Source of the DNA: Eledone cirrhosa
Taxonomy: Eukaryota
Length of the DNA stretch: 64,000 nt
Direction: 5' to 3'
NCBI GenBank assembly: GCA_964016885.1
Contig: CAXHJY010000725.1
Location: forward strand, 62,001 to 126,000
Positions within the stretch are counted from its first letter, which is position 1; the number at the start of each line of letters is the position of its first letter. Below, piece after piece: positions 39,371 to 56,425 of this stretch. Below the pieces are notes generated by a model. The model was not told where the DNA came from and ran no database searches. It worked only from the letters and a program-made list of their open reading frames with translations. A program made the translations under genes and the position numbers.

Positions 39371-40811
39371 GGAAAAATTTGAACAGGAACAAAACAGAGA
39401 GGCAGTACAACGAATGTTTATTAATTTCACGCTCTGGAGAGTGGGGTGGTGGTGGGGAACGACGTTTCGGGCATAAGCCCTTCCTCAGGTGAGAAGTGTG
39501 TGGGAACAGAGTTCAAAGGGTGTGTAGGGGAGTGGTAGAGAGACATATAGCGAAAGGAAACGGTGCGAATGAAATTAAAAATACAAATAAAAATAAAGCA
39601 TGATCAAAATACAAGGAATGAAATAAAATTAAATATAAAAGCATGATCAAAATAAACTGAAATTAAAAAGGGGTAAAACAGGTGGTGAAAGGGTGTGGGG
39701 TGTGTAGGGGTGGTGGCGGGTGGAGTGGGGAGAGGGAGACGGGGTGTCCGAGCGGGGAGGGCTGAAGGTGGTGTGTGTGTGTAGGTGTACGTGTGTGTGT
39801 GTGTGTGTGTGTGTATGTGAAAGTAAGGTTTGGGGGAAGAACGGGGTTGCATGTTCAGGAAGAGGTGTGTGTGTGTGTGGGGGGGAGTTGTAGGTCGGAG
39901 TGTCTGTGCGTGTGTGGATAGAGGGGTGAGGGAGAGGAATCAGGAGGCTGAGGGTGTAAATATGTGGTGGAAAGCACGTGTGTGTGGGGTTTAAGCGTGT
40001 TGTGGGTGTAGGTGGCGTGTGGAGAAAAAAAATTTTTTGGGTGTGTGTGTGGGTGAGTTATATAGGTGATTCCGTAAGAGGATGGTTGAAAAAGTTGGTA
40101 AATTCCTATGATATTTAGTAGATTCCGTGGTGGTCAATTCCACATACGAGTATTCCATGAAGAGATGGTCGGAAGAGGAGCGATGTGGGGTGCGCGCGCA
40201 ACAGGAAGTGGTCAAGCAGTGGGAGTGCTGTGTGTCTGTTTGTGCTGGGAGGTGGTCAGAGGGCATAGCAGCAGTCGGTGGAATGGTAAAGGGGCGAGGA
40301 TGGGTAGGTGTGAAAGTTGGAGTGAGGAGGGTGTGTGGGTGTATTAGTAGAGGTGTTTGTGGGATGAGTGAGTGTGGAGCGAGGGTGTGGGTGGAGCGGG
40401 GAGAGAATGTGTGTGTAGTTCTATGGAGGGAGTGTGGTGTACTTGTGTGTGTGTAGTTTGATGAAGGGGTGTTAGTGGAGGTGTTAGTATTGTTAGTTGT
40501 GGGGTGGGGGTGAAAAGGAGGGGTGTGTTAGTGGTGTTAGTGGGGGATAAGTCTGGGGGAGGGGGCGGGGGGCCGAAGGCTAAATGAATAAGGGTGGGGA
40601 GTTCAGGCCGGGGAGAGTGTGGGTCTGTAAGATGAAGATAGTTCTTTGTTCGACTCTAAGGCGATTGGCGGGGGTTCCGTGGCATTGGAGTAGGCCACAG
40701 ACTGTGAGATGGCGTGCGGAATGTCCAGGGCCACCAAAGTGGCGGGCGATGAGGGAACTACCACCGAGACGAATATCCCGGAGGTGCTCAGTGAATCGGT
40801 CCGCCAGGCGA
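39370..40811 (-). mobile_element. Neptune-type PLE 3' fragment (endonuclease tail, long C/A-rich 3' UTR, pLTR with HHR)
   Basis: [30 protein letters not shown]...[17 protein letters not shown] at 40580-40811. HHR core CTGAGGA-AGGGC-TTAT-GCCC-GAAAC-GTC at about 39461-39488. Confidence 0.83.
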
Positions 40812-40837
40812 CATATATATATATATATGTATATATG

Positions 40838-40886
<49 letters not shown>

Positions 40887-40905
40887 ATATTTATACACAC
40901 ACACA

Positions 40906-40964
<59 letters not shown>

Positions 40965-41099
40965 GTATATATATATAAATATATATATATATAAATATAT
41001 ATATATGCAGAGGTTATGTTTAATTTGTTGGGATTCAACAAGCTTAAACATTTTTTATAACCGATATAAAGCACTCAACAAGTTAGTGGAGTAAATATA

Positions 41100-41550
<451 letters not shown>

Positions 41551-41576
41551 GGTGTATACATATATTTATTAATATA

Positions 41577-41630
<54 letters not shown>

Positions 41631-42139
41631 ATTGTAAAGGGCACCAAAGAGTCAAGACGCTTTTAAACTAAAACATTTTCAGCTGATAGAGCTTCAACCG
41701 GAAGATGTGAAGTCACAGAATCAGACATTTAAACCCATTAATAACAACACTCTTATTATTATTATGGCAGTATCGGTAGAGGATCGGACGCCATGCTTTC
41801 CAGCATAGTTACGTACCTTTACGATCTGAGTTCAAATCCCGCCAAGGTTAACTTTGCCTTTCATCCTTACGGGGTCGATAAAATAAAGTACCAGTAATGC
41901 ACTGAGATAATTGCTGGCCTTGTGCCAAAAGTAGAAACAAATATGAATATATATATATATTAATATATATATATATATATATAGATAGATAGATATAGAT
42001 ATACATATATATACCTGTAAATATATATGTCTATATACATATATATATATATATATATATCGCCACCACCCCACTCTCAAGAGCGTGAAACTAATAAACC
42101 TTTGTTCGTACTGCCTCTGTTTTGTTCCCGTTCCATTTT

Positions 42140-42229
<90 letters not shown>

Positions 42230-42286
42230 AACACACATATATATATATATATATATATAATGAATACGTACGTATATATATATATA

Positions 42287-42322
<36 letters not shown>

Positions 42323-44742
42323 CGTGTGTATGTGTTGAACCAAATTCAGCCAGCAGTAAATATTTCTTTACCAACTCTCTCACAATTTTTTGTTTGTTTA
42401 GCCTTTAAATGTTCAAAGAGATTTTCGGCGTTCTACTGAATTGAATTAAGGCTTTATTGGTGTGTAGCGCCGATGTATGGTCGTTCATCCGCACACCCTG
42501 AACAGTGTTTTGTTGTTGTCTTTGTTTTGTTCTTTTGCCATTTCTTCCACCACAATACCTTCGTTATTTACTATTTACTATTTTTCTCCTTTCCCCATAT
42601 TGCATAATGTGCTTACTTTAGTTTAAAAGTGTTACAACGATAAAGATGATTCACTCCAAGTGTATCTTTTAAGTTTCATTTTCTTTCCTCTTTCATTTTA
42701 TTTTACAACTAGTGGACTGTTAACAGACCTGTCGACTCTCCCTGTCCGACGAGGAGAGTCGACATATCTGCGAAACAGCGTGGTTCTGGGTCTCATCACA
42801 TACACATCACTTTGGGCAAGTTAGTGTCTTGTACGCCATGTAAACTGATATGGTGAAAAACTATATACAGACCTGTCATCTTTCCCCGTCCCACGGGGAG
42901 ATCTCCCACCCACTTTGGAGTGGGTGAGAGATGTCTTCTCTTGTGAAAATAGGTATAGCTTTCATTATGTAAAATCTTCCCATTTGCCTCATTTCTTCCC
43001 GGTTTGGGGCACTTTTTCTCATGATACTCCCCGTTTGGGCTTTTAGAAGTTGGCGTGACTAACTCTCAATAATGATAGCAATAGGGTAAGGGGTGAAGGA
43101 TAAAGACCCCCTTCGGTCACGAATGACCATGGGATTTGCGGCTCCGATCCGAGGCACAAGTCTGGGTAAGGTTGTTCGTGGAAGACCAGCAGTCACCCAT
43201 GCATACCAGTTTCCCCTCTCCACGCCAGCGATGTTGTCCAAGGGAAAGGCTATGACCTATACAGCTTGGCACCAGTCACGTCGCAGCTCATTTCTACAGC
43301 TGAGTGAATTGGGGCAACATGACAGCAATAACAATTGAACGTATATGTTTTGGAGTCCAGGATTGGTATGTCTTAGTTAATAATTGTTTCTACTTTTGGA
43401 ACAAGGCCAGTGTATTACAGGTACTTTATTTTATCAACCCCGTAAGGATGAAAGGCAAAGTTAACCTCGGCGGGATTTGAACTCAGACTATAAAGGGCCG
43501 TAACTCTTTGCTGCAAAGCGTAGCGTCCGACCCTCTACCAATACTACTAATCCACCGTTATGTCTTAGTTAATGATAGCTTTCGTGAGGTTGTGAGTTCG
43601 ATTCCTGGACCAGGCGATGCGTTATGTCCTTGAGCAAGACATTTTATTTCACTTTGCTCCTTCTACCTGGAGTTGCGACCGATAGATAGTATTAGCAATT
43701 GGAAAGACCAACGGAAACATTGTTTCCTCGGTCCGATTTGACGAAAGTCGATCAATCCTTTATTTATTATATAGAAACTACGTAATATGACATCTGCAGT
43801 TTGATAATGTCTATCTTCTCTATTTGGTGGCTGTTTCAGTCAGGTTATGTATGCCGAATTTGGGAGGATGGGTGGTCCGAGTTTGATTTGCTGAATTTCA
43901 AGGGTAAGTACAGTCTGGTTTGGCAAGAGTTGTGAGTGCAAGTTGGCGTTTACAGACCTGTCAACCTCTAAAATCCCAAACGGGGAATACCATGAAAGAA
44001 AGTGACCCCAAACGGGGAGAAATGAAACAAAACAAAAAAATGGGGAGATTTTACATAATGAAAGATATACCCATTTTCACAAGAGAAGACATCTCTCACC
44101 CACTCCAAAGTGGGTGGGAGATGTTCCCGACGGAGGGGGAGAGTTGATAAGTCTGCGTTCAGGTTTGAAATGTTTACTGAGTGTTTGTAGACTGATTGGA
44201 GATATAATAGTCTTATTTACGTATATACCAAGCTTACTTGATATATGAATAATCATACAGACAAGGAAACTTGATAAATTTATGATTTGCATAAGGAAAA
44301 TCGTCATAGTTTGTGTTGATTATTGACACGTGGGAATAATTAAAGATAATGATGTTTGAATAATTTATTTCTAGGATATATAATTACATAAATGTTCAAC
44401 ATGTATGTACAGATGACACAGAAGATTAAATTTATGAGTAAGTTTGGAGAAATAATTATTTACTGAAACAAATTTTTGAACTCAACCCAGGACCTTATAA
44501 TAGGAAAGCGAACATCTTATTGTAGCAACATGACTGAGATAGGAAATGTATTGTGTGTGTGTGTATATATATATATATATCAACCCACCTTAATCCTTCT
44601 TGTAGTTTCTGTTCTGCCCCATCTTATCTTTTTTGAAGAAGGACTTAAGTCCGAAACGTTGAAAGCTCCTCCACTTCTACCAAGCGTGAACCTAATACAA
44701 CTGTGTACAATTTGTCTCTCCCGCGTTTGCTTCGTTCTTTTA

Positions 44743-44826
<84 letters not shown>

Positions 44827-45062
44827 TTTAATGTATTTCCACCACTCCCCCTGACACCCCTCAGAACTCTTTTCCTTCCGACTTTTCTCCTGATGAAGGG
44901 CTTATGCCCGAAACGTCGTCCCCCAACCCACTCTCAAGCGTGAACCTAATACTAACACTTTGTACTGCACTCCTCGTTATTGTTTTTGTTTTCTGTTTTA
45001 ACTTATATATATATAGAGAGACTAAAATCCGAAGAGGACTCTATATATTTATATATAGTATA

Positions 45063-45922
45063 CTAGCAGTAAAGCCCGGCGTTGCTCGGGGTCGCTCAGT
45101 AGCTGTGTTAAAGTTACAATGTTAAGTTTCTTTCTTGGCTTAAAAACTGTAGTGTCTACTGTGCAGACTTGCATGTGGTGTTTTTGATTAATATTCCCTC
45201 AACCAACAATATGCCTTATGAAGTTAAGAAAACATAACGATAACCCGAATGTTATAACAAAAGAGGATGCTGGGGATAGAAACTGCACTGGTTATTTATT
45301 AACAAAGATCGAAAATGTAAACACTGCAACGCAGAGAAAAACATTAGCGTAACCAAATTATCAGTTATGTCCGTCTGCACGCCTATATCACCTCTCTGCA
45401 CGACTGTCTGTCTGCACGCCTATATCACCTCACTGCACGACTATCTGTCTGCACGCGTATATCACCTCTCTGCACGACTGTCTGTCTGCACGCCTAACGA
45501 CGAAATATTTGCTTGTTTTACGTAGTCTTTAAATAGACTTGTTTTCAAGTAAAAATATTGTTTTAAAATGCTTTTAAATGGAAATGAAGCAAAACGGAAG
45601 CTTAGTGTTCGAACTGATGAATTTTGCAGGTCAATATTTTGCTGGCTCGACAACTGTTAAAGCCAGCGTAATTTTTTACGTAAGACGCTCAATGTAAACA
45701 GAACAAAGGGAAATAACTGATAACTTACGCTCAAAAATCGATACATTATATTCGATTTCGTCACATAGGGTGGGTCAATTTGAAATTTTTTTTTCCGATG
45801 TCTTCGCTAGGGCTCAATGTACAAGTATAGCAATTTCGGTGCAATTCCGTGAGAGATTCTAAGAGGAGATGTGTGCCAAAAATCGATAGACAGACAGACA
45901 ACCACAGTTTTATATATATAGA
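45063..45922 (-). mobile_element. Non-autonomous Helitron, second copy with expanded 37-bp internal tandem repeat
   Basis: Same termini and sequence as 15094-15917; extra units at about 45372-45495. Confidence 0.88.
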
Positions 45923-46055
45923 TTATTGATGGATGCAAGGCGATAAAAAGCTGTTTTTGAGACTCGTTACTCTGGAGTTTCGCCACTTAGCCGTTAAATG
46001 AATATAAACTATCTTTATAGCATTTCTGCGCTTCAACACTTTCTTTATACTTATA

Positions 46056-46760
46056 CTAGCTGGCACTCCAGTGCAAAGATGCCGCACGCCCCCTCAAGTC
46101 AGCGAGGGTGGCGGTGGGGCGGGGATTAATGTGCTCTGATGTTGGGTTTGAATAGTTTTGAGGATTCCCCAGTTCAGCAGCCAGTACGTTAAAGAAACTT
46201 GATAGTTACAACAATAAAGGCTGAACAGAGAACAAACTTTTTAACAGACAATAATTTGTACAACCATAATGGAAATTCCAAGTAACAGAAAATATTTAAA
46301 TTACATTGTTAGATCCTCAGAGTATACAATATTTTTTGTTCGGCCCTCCGAAGCAAAGAGGAAGAGATTGTTTGGCGAGCTCACCCTAGAGCATCCTATA
46401 TACAATTGACCATGGAAGAATCACTGATCTCGTAGCTCGTCTCGCGGAGAAGCTCTGTAGACGTTGACCGCTGGACACTCCTGTCAGGAGCAGGTAACCT
46501 GTAGTGACTTAGAGGCCTACCACCAATCTCCAGGACACTGTTTTCAAGACAAATGAGACATCGTATGTTACGTTCGGATTGTGTCTGCGTGTGCGGTGGA
46601 GGATGTCCTCAGCTAGACTTGCGTGGTGGTTATTCCACATTGCGAGAGGGTCGGCGAGATCGCAGTTGTGCAGCATAATAGTAAAAATGTTTTCGCAGCT
46701 GCGAAGGGATTTTAGCAGTTGGTGCTTCTTGCAGGGTGAGGTGCCAATGGCCATTGATGG
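46056..46760 (-). mobile_element. Internally deleted Helitron with Rep/helicase coding remnants
   Basis: FFHGQLYIGCSRVSSPNNLFLFASEGRTKNIVY (PIF1-like helicase C-terminus), IMLHNCDLADPLAMWNNH..LAEDIL, 3' hairpin plus CTAG. Confidence 0.85.
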
Positions 46761-47009
46761 TTCTTAGATCTTGGAAAAACTGTGGTCCTCTAGCCTCGAA
46801 CAGTAACAATGACGATAAGCCGTCTGTGCTTTCGGGAAATAAATAGGTTTTTGTTTTTGTTTATGCAAAAATATCTCTACACGAATATATATATTAAAAT
46901 AACAGATTAAAGTTTAAGCAAAGAATCGCTGCTTTCACCCTTAACGGGATTTTCTGAAACTAAAAAAATCCGTCTGTGAACGCAGAAGTAAATATTTCGA
47001 AAAACGTTA

Positions 47010-47365
47010 TCTAATGCAGACAGCCATACATACAGAGACACATTATAAGGGCGCTACGTTATAGCTATGTATCTATCTAAAAAGACAGACTAAGAAAAAG
47101 ATTGGAATGTTTGGTGACGTCATAATGACGTATAACCGGAAGTGTTGACATTTGAAATTTCAAAGAAGTGAATATTTAAATAATATCTTTCATCTTTTAA
47201 CAAAATTCAGTAGACAAAAATACCCTCACTTTTTTACTTGGAAAAAGTTACATCTATGGTGTAAATTTGGTGCTGTTTAGTTCAACCGTTTGGCGGAAAG
47301 TTTGTTACCTACATACGGCCGTCAGATTTATAGACTAGCAGAATGGCCTGGCGTTACTCGGGATT
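47010..47365 (-). mobile_element. Helitron-derived short interspersed repeat family (also 9030-9570, 20330-20545, 21500-21780, 48765-49065)
   Basis: Shared ATTATAAGGGCGC.ACGTTATAGCTAT and AACCGGAAGTGTTGACATTTGAA blocks, with Helitron-like TC / CTAG ends nearby. Confidence 0.55.
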
Positions 47366-47699
47366 TGGTCTAGGGTTCTTATATATTTGATATATATTTA
47401 TCCTTATCGAGCCTCGTGAAATAAATACGTTTGTTTATATTTTGTTATTGTGTATACAAAAATATCTGCACACGAATATATAATTATATATATATATATG
47501 TATATATATGTATATAAATAACAGTACAGAGAAGTACGGGATACCTCGGCCTTGGGATGGTGTCTACATTTTCTGCTTATAAACAAATTCGTCGTAGATT
47601 ACCAGTGATTTTTACCGTGCGAAGAAAATCAATACTTTATCGCGAAATCAATACTTTTGTGTATATTTTGTTATTGTGTATACAAAAATATCTGTATAC

Positions 47700-47749
<50 letters not shown>

Positions 47750-47859
47750 TACCGCGAAATAAATACTTTTGTTTATACTGTGTTATTGTGTATGCAAAAT
47801 ATCGGTACACGAATATATAATTGTATATAAACAAGCAAATTATAAACGTAAACATGTAA

Positions 47860-48312
47860 GTATATTTTTGAAACGGTGCGCGAGTTTGAAATTAGAAATT
47901 AGAAATTATAAGCTTTCACCGTATTTTAGACTAAAGAAATTAGAAGCTCCCGGATAGTGGGGTTACTAATTTTATTATTGGTCTATTATGCAAATTAGTG
48001 TCGGAGAGGTTTTAATCTCGTACATTTAAATTAAGCCGTTGGAATAGGCTTAATTTAAATATACGGGATTTAAACCACTCCGACACTAATTTGCATAATA
48101 GACCAATAATAAAATTAGTAACCCCACTATCCGGGAGTTTCCAACCGACATGGTCGCATTCTTTAAGGGTATGTCAATATTTGTTTATAAAACTGATCTA
48201 TATTATATTTTATCTGATGAAAGCGCACCATAATTTGCTTTGGTGTCCTTGAAATATGTATAATGAAATAAATATGGTTTTATAAATATAGTTTCCATTT
48301 GTTAATATATTG
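47860..48312. mobile_element. PLE 3' relic with an approximately 195-bp fold-back (47945-48140) and HHR
   Basis: Inverted arms; the downstream part matches 41281-41450. Confidence 0.72.
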
Positions 48313-48325
48313 TATATATATATAT

Positions 48326-48456
<131 letters not shown>

Positions 48457-48690
48457 AAAGGTATAGAAAACATTGTAGCGAAAAGCCAACAGTATTCCAT
48501 AATATATATATATATATATAGTAATAATAATAAATTAATCTGTTATTTTAATAAATAAATATATATATATTAAAATAACAGATTAAAGTTTAAGCAAAGA
48601 ACCGCTGCCTTCACCGTTAACGGGATCTTCTGAAACTAAAATGATAAATCTGTGAACGCAGAAGTAAATATTTCGAAAAACGTTACACAC

Positions 48691-48723
<33 letters not shown>

Positions 48724-49419
48724 TATATATACATATATATATATATATACACACACACACCGTGTCATTATGACGTAATGCAGATAGCTAGGCATAGAGA
48801 CAGATATTATAAGGGCGCAACGTAATATCTATGTATCTATCTAAAAAGAGAAAGACTAAGAATTATAGAGAGAAATCGCTAAATCGCCTAATGCGGTCCC
48901 TAGGTCATTGGAAATTTGAAATTGTTTTTGCTCAAAACACTCACGGGACCATAAGTATTACATGTGTAAAGTTTGAAAACTGTCGGTTGGGTGGTTCTTG
49001 AGTTTTAGTGATTGGACAGACAGAGAGACAAACAGTCATTCTCTGTTTTAGTAATATAGATAATTAAATATATTCTCGACGCTTCAAAAAGCCGAAAATT
49101 CAACTCCGTACATTATTTGTTTACATACAGATGTGTATCTGTCAATCTCTCTGCCTTCTTGCTGACATCTGAAAGCTGTTGTCCAGCTATCTAGTTTAAA
49201 AAAATGACGGGAAAGATTTCATCAAAGGCCCCTTAGCTTAATGGTTAAAGCGTCTAGCCGGTATCTGGAAGATATGGCGTTTCGCTGGCAACTATTTTTT
49301 CCGTCTTTTAAGGGTGTCCAACCTGTTTTATAAGCTATCTTTATAGCATTTCTGCGGCTGACAATTTTCTTATTACTTATATAAAAATATATGTATACAT
49401 ATATATAAATATATATATA

Positions 49420-49508
<89 letters not shown>

Positions 49509-49760
49509 GAAAACGAAAAATCAGTGATGCATCTGAACTCAATTTATTGTGTGTTACAATTGTTTCGCCGGCGGACAGCTCGAGACGTCATCATTGTGTG
49601 GATCTGTCTGATTCTGGACCCGCAGGTTCGACGGACACGTCTAATGATTTCGGAGCATATTCTCTCTCACACACACACATATATATATATATATACATAT
49701 GCATACATATATTTATATGTATGTATATGTATATATACCGATACTGATACTGCCAATCCA

Positions 49761-50084
49761 CATCAACCATAATAATATGCTAATGTGTGTAGAGAGATGG
49801 GGAGGGCAAGAGAGATGGGGGCGATGACAGTGGGAGTTCGGCTCTTCCGTGTTCGGACCTGGTGTGCAACGTCAGTTGTCCGTGGGGGGGGGGGGTAGTG
49901 GTTTGTACTTAGCAAACACAAGGTTCTAAAAGCCTTCGCTAAGTACAAACCACTACCTCCCTACGACAATTGACGCTGCACACCAGGTCCGAACACGGAA
50001 GAGCCGAACTCCCACTACCATCGCCTCCATCTCTCTCGCCCTCCCCATCTCTCTACACACATTAGCATATTATTATGGTTGATG
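49761..50084. mobile_element. Palindromic MITE with about 150-bp inverted arms
   Basis: CATCAACCATAATAATATGC...GCATATTATTATGGTTGATG; GC-rich arms pair along their whole length. Confidence 0.82.
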
Positions 50085-50379
50085 CACACACCATACAGAC
50101 CATGGTTTCCAAAAGTTGTTTATTTAATGGCTCCCTTCTTACACAACAGAAATATTTGGTGGGCTTTACCATTACCTCACAGTGCTTGCGGCCAATCTTT
50201 CCCGTCAAGTGAGAAGCTTTAATTGTTCGAGCTAAAAATGCAAATACAAATATTCATTTATGAGGCAATATGAAATTTGAAATCAAGTTTACTTTTTGAA
50301 AAGCCGCCAGGATACACGCTGATGAATTAGAAATAACAATCGAATAAGTCGGGTATAATATTCCTGAAGACAGTACTAC

Positions 50380-50910
50380 TTTGACGCTAAACTCCATCAG
50401 TTGCAGACAGCGCATCAACATGAGATATCTCTCTCCACAAAGTTCAATCACCAACAGCAGAGTTTAAAGATCAAGTCCAGTCCATAAGTTGACATTGTTT
50501 TGGCTGCCGACCTCTGCTTCTCTTACCAGCCAACCTTCCTTCCAGGCATAACTTACACCACAAGTTGATCTTTTGATATGACCGTATAGTTTAAGCACTC
50601 TTGACCTAACAACTGATGTGATTGGTCTAAGCCTGGTAATGTTGAGCAGCTCACTGATACAGAGCCGCTTGCCAGTCATAAGTCTCATGATGTGGTTCTA
50701 GAATGTAGAGAGCTTCTGAAGTGACATTGTCGTCTAATTAATACAATCAAGACCATATAACACAACTGGTACGATGTAAGTATCGAGATATACAAACTCC
50801 GTAACTTGAGCAATTTGCTGGTGTTAGATTGTGAATTGGAGATTGGCATTGTTTTTATCAGTTGTTATACAATTTGTTTTGGGGATGTTTCTGGATACTG
50901 AAGACAGTAC
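50380..50910 (-). mobile_element. RTE-type LINE C-terminal relic
   Basis: NIPKTNC...QIAQVTEFVYL, IVPVVLYGLD, VRSRVLKLYGHIKR. Confidence 0.72.
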
Positions 50911-51663
50911 CCCCTCCCGCCTAAAAAAAAAAAAAAAATGAATAAAATGAAATAAAAACATCCCCCAAACAAAACAAAGTGAAGAGAACCTTTTGCAGTT
51001 AAAACCTCTATAATGCAGGAAAAGAGAAGACGGAAGCACTTGTATTTAATGGTAAAAAGCAGTTGTCCAGAATACGACAGAGGCAGAGTTCGAGTGCTTT
51101 TCTTTCTACACACGTTTTTCCATTTCCCTGGGCATTTTACTTGAGAATAATACATAGTTTCATTATTGGATTGGCAAAATCAGTAGAGCGTCGGACAGCT
51201 TTGCAGCATAGGAGTTATGGCCCTTTACATTCTGAGTTCAAGCCCCGCCGAGCTTAACTTTGCCTTTCATCCTTACGGGGTTGATAAAATAAAGTACCAG
51301 TAATGTACTGGAATAATTGCTGGCCTTGTGCTAAAAGTAGAAACAATTATTATAGACATTCATGCGTATATGTGTGTCTGTCTCTTTCTTTCTTTCTTTC
51401 TTTCTTTCTTTAACTCTTTCTCTCTCTCTATCTCCCCCCCCCCCTTCTCTCAGAGCTTATTTTACGTTTATGTCTCCGTGTCTGTTTATATTTTGAAAAA
51501 AAATAAGATTTCAAAAGCTAGACTCTGGAGTGATATGATAGATTGTATCCAGGCTTTTGTGTGTTTGTTTGTTTGTGAGTATGTCTGTCTGTGTATGGTA
51601 AAAATTGCATTGTAACTGAACGTTTCATGACTAATTAATTAATTAATTAAGCAATCATCTTAC

Positions 51664-51694
51664 AAATGTCATTGACCAATAGTTTCAGACTAGA
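51664..51694 (-). pseudogene. Exon candidate (31 nt)
   Basis: TTTATTTTTAG| SSLKLLVNDI |GTAAGA; phase 0 to 1, compatible with its neighbours. Confidence 0.4.
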
Positions 51695-52021
51695 CTAAAA
51701 ATAAACAAGACTTCAGATATAATGATCTAGGATGGAAACGTTAGGTCAAACCATGGTATGTAAATATGAATTACTTCCCTTTAATATTTGGGAATTGAAA
51801 TTTTCTAAATAGAATGAGTTTAGCTCTATTGCTTCCGAAACACTTAAAATCGTCCCTTATTTTACGATCTAAAACTATTTATGTCTTTATTTTATCGACC
51901 CCGTAAGGATGAAAGGCAAAGTTAACCTTGGCAGGATTTAAACTCTGATCGTAAAGGGACGTAATTCTATACTGCAAAGCATCGCGTCCGACCCTTTACT
52001 GATACTGCAATCCACCTCCCT

Positions 52022-52059
<38 letters not shown>

Positions 52060-52847
52060 GGGAGCGTTCAATTGGCAGGCAAATACGGTATATTGTTATT
52101 AATAATTTAGCGTTAAAATATATATATATATATATATTGCCACGAAAAAAAACATTAAAAAATCACGATAGATATTTACGATTCCGCGAATATGCGGTGG
52201 TTTCCATGAACAATTATTAGTTAGGTTCTAAGGAAAATTCTGTGAATGTCGGGAGTACACTGTATATGCATGCAGAATCCCATATATACACACATGAATA
52301 CTATAACTGGTTAATTCACAGCCCATGGAGTGTTCAGGGATTCTATATAGATGGAAGGAAATATCGGCTCTTTTATGTAGAAGGTTAGAGGGTTAAATTA
52401 TGAAGAGTGAGTGAATGTTAAGTGGAGAGTCATTTAGTCTGTTGGCGGTATTAGATTCCAGTTTTACAGTAAAGAATTGTTAAAATGGCAGCAAGTTGTA
52501 AGATATTATTTGGTCTTTCTTGTGCATTACAAGTTTATGAATTTCTTTCTTGTTTATTTTTTTGAAAATGAGGCTCTTCTTTTGTTCCTGTTTTGTTTAG
52601 CTCACACATCTCAAAGGTTTCATATTGAAATCAGTAGTGTTCTCTTTGTCAGTTGTACTTGAACAATTTGGTTAGATTCTTATGTTGATTATTACTAAAG
52701 GGACATATATGATTTAACTAACGTTATTTGAATGTAGTTTCCATGATACATATATGCCGTTAAATATCCTACAGTATTATGAAAATAATTTAGGGCCATG
52801 CGCTACTGTTTTTCAAGTACGTTTCTATGTGGGAATACAGGGATTAC

Positions 52848-52924
52848 CTGCATAGAACATGATTTCTGTTGATCGGTTGTTCGGTCAACTGAAATCATTT
52901 CAATATTGTCCTTGTCAATCTCTC
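52848..52924 (-). pseudogene. Exon candidate (77 nt)
   Basis: TTTATTTATTTGCAG| acceptor, single open frame (G)EIDKDNIEMISVDRTTDQQKSCSMQ, CAG|GTAATC donor. Confidence 0.55.
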
Positions 52925-52951
52925 CTGCAAATAAATAAACACACACACACA

Positions 52952-53086
<135 letters not shown>

Positions 53087-53151
53087 TCCGTCAAGGAGGC
53101 AGTCACTCTGAATAAAACTGATACATGGCAGAGAGAACTGTTCAGTCCTAC

Positions 53152-53229
53152 CAAACAACTTCTCTAATGCTGGGGTCACGATAAAATGTATCCAGTTTGA
53201 GCTTTTAGAAGGGTATCCACCCTGAAACC
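53152..53229 (-). pseudogene. Exon candidate of a decayed extended-Tudor-like gene
   Basis: CAG acceptor, open frame FQGGYPSKSSNWIHFIVTPALEKLF, G|GTAGGA donor (phase 1), compatible with the next exon. Confidence 0.5.
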
Positions 53230-54330
53230 CTGCCAGCAATTATGAAAAACACAACATACAATATACATATTAATTTTATGTTCGCTCTCATCGACCCACA
53301 AGTTTCCAGATACCATTCACTTGCCGAGTGGAGGAACCTCATCAAATCGAACCAAGGAAACAATGTTTCCATTGGTCTTACCATTGCTGATACTACCTAC
53401 CAGTCGCAACTCCTGGCAGAACAAGAGAGGCCAGTGAAATAGAAATTAGAAGACCAAAGCTAAACAGAAAGAATGAATGGAATAACAACAACACCCAAAC
53501 AAACAACACTGACCTAAGAGAAGTATAAATAAGTAAATAAAATAAGATAAATAAATACATACACAAGCACAATAACAACAAGCACATAAACACACACTAG
53601 TCACCCATCACACAGCAAACATAACACTATACACACACGCAAACGCATGCGCAAAGAAGACAAAATAAAATAAACAAACAAGCAAATAAATAAATAAATA
53701 TATAGACTGAATAAAAAATGGCGTAGACATACAACACAACAGGAGGAAAATATAACACCACTGACGATGTTGCAGATGTGCAACGAAAAATTTATGATAA
53801 ACTATATATATGTGTTTGTGTCTATATTGTATCTGTATTGGCAGTATCGGTAGAGGGTCAGACACCATGCTTTCCAGCATAGTTACGTCCCTTTACGATC
53901 TGAGTTCAAATCCCGCCGAGGTTGACTTTGCCTTTCATCCTTACGAGGTCGATAAAATAAAGTACCAGTAATGCACTGGGATAATTGATGGCCTTGTGCC
54001 AAAAGTAGAAACAATTATTTTTGACCGTCGGTCAGTCAATGGCAACTTTGAGGACCGAGTAAGTTAGATTACCGATATAAAAGACAGCGAGAAGCGAAAA
54101 CCAACCAAACAGTGAGTGTGTTCTGTTATTAATTCTGGCAATATTACACAAATATGACCCTCCCCAAGTATAACTATATATATATGTATATATATATATA
54201 TATATGTATATATATGTATATATATATATATATGTATATATATGTATATATATATATGTATATATATATGTATATATATATATGTATATATATATATATG
54301 TATATGTATATATATATGTATATATATATG

Positions 54331-54393
<63 letters not shown>

Positions 54394-54418
54394 GTATATA
54401 TATATGTATATATATATG

Positions 54419-54449
<31 letters not shown>

Positions 54450-54474
54450 GTATATATATATATGTATATATATG

Positions 54475-54535
<61 letters not shown>

Positions 54536-54764
54536 AAATATATATATATATATGTGAGAAAAACCACAGACCCTCCATCTCAACTCACCTTTTGAAAAGT
54601 AGAAGAACTGCGAAACCGATAAAGGAACCAAATAAATATATATATATTTAAAAAAAAAATAACACTTCAGTTGCATTTTCGATTTCATCTCTTTTTCTTT
54701 ATACTTTCACTCGTGTAGGACACCTCGGTTATTTTTCATTTTGTAAAAAAAACCTCACTTTCTA

Positions 54765-56425
<1,661 letters not shown>

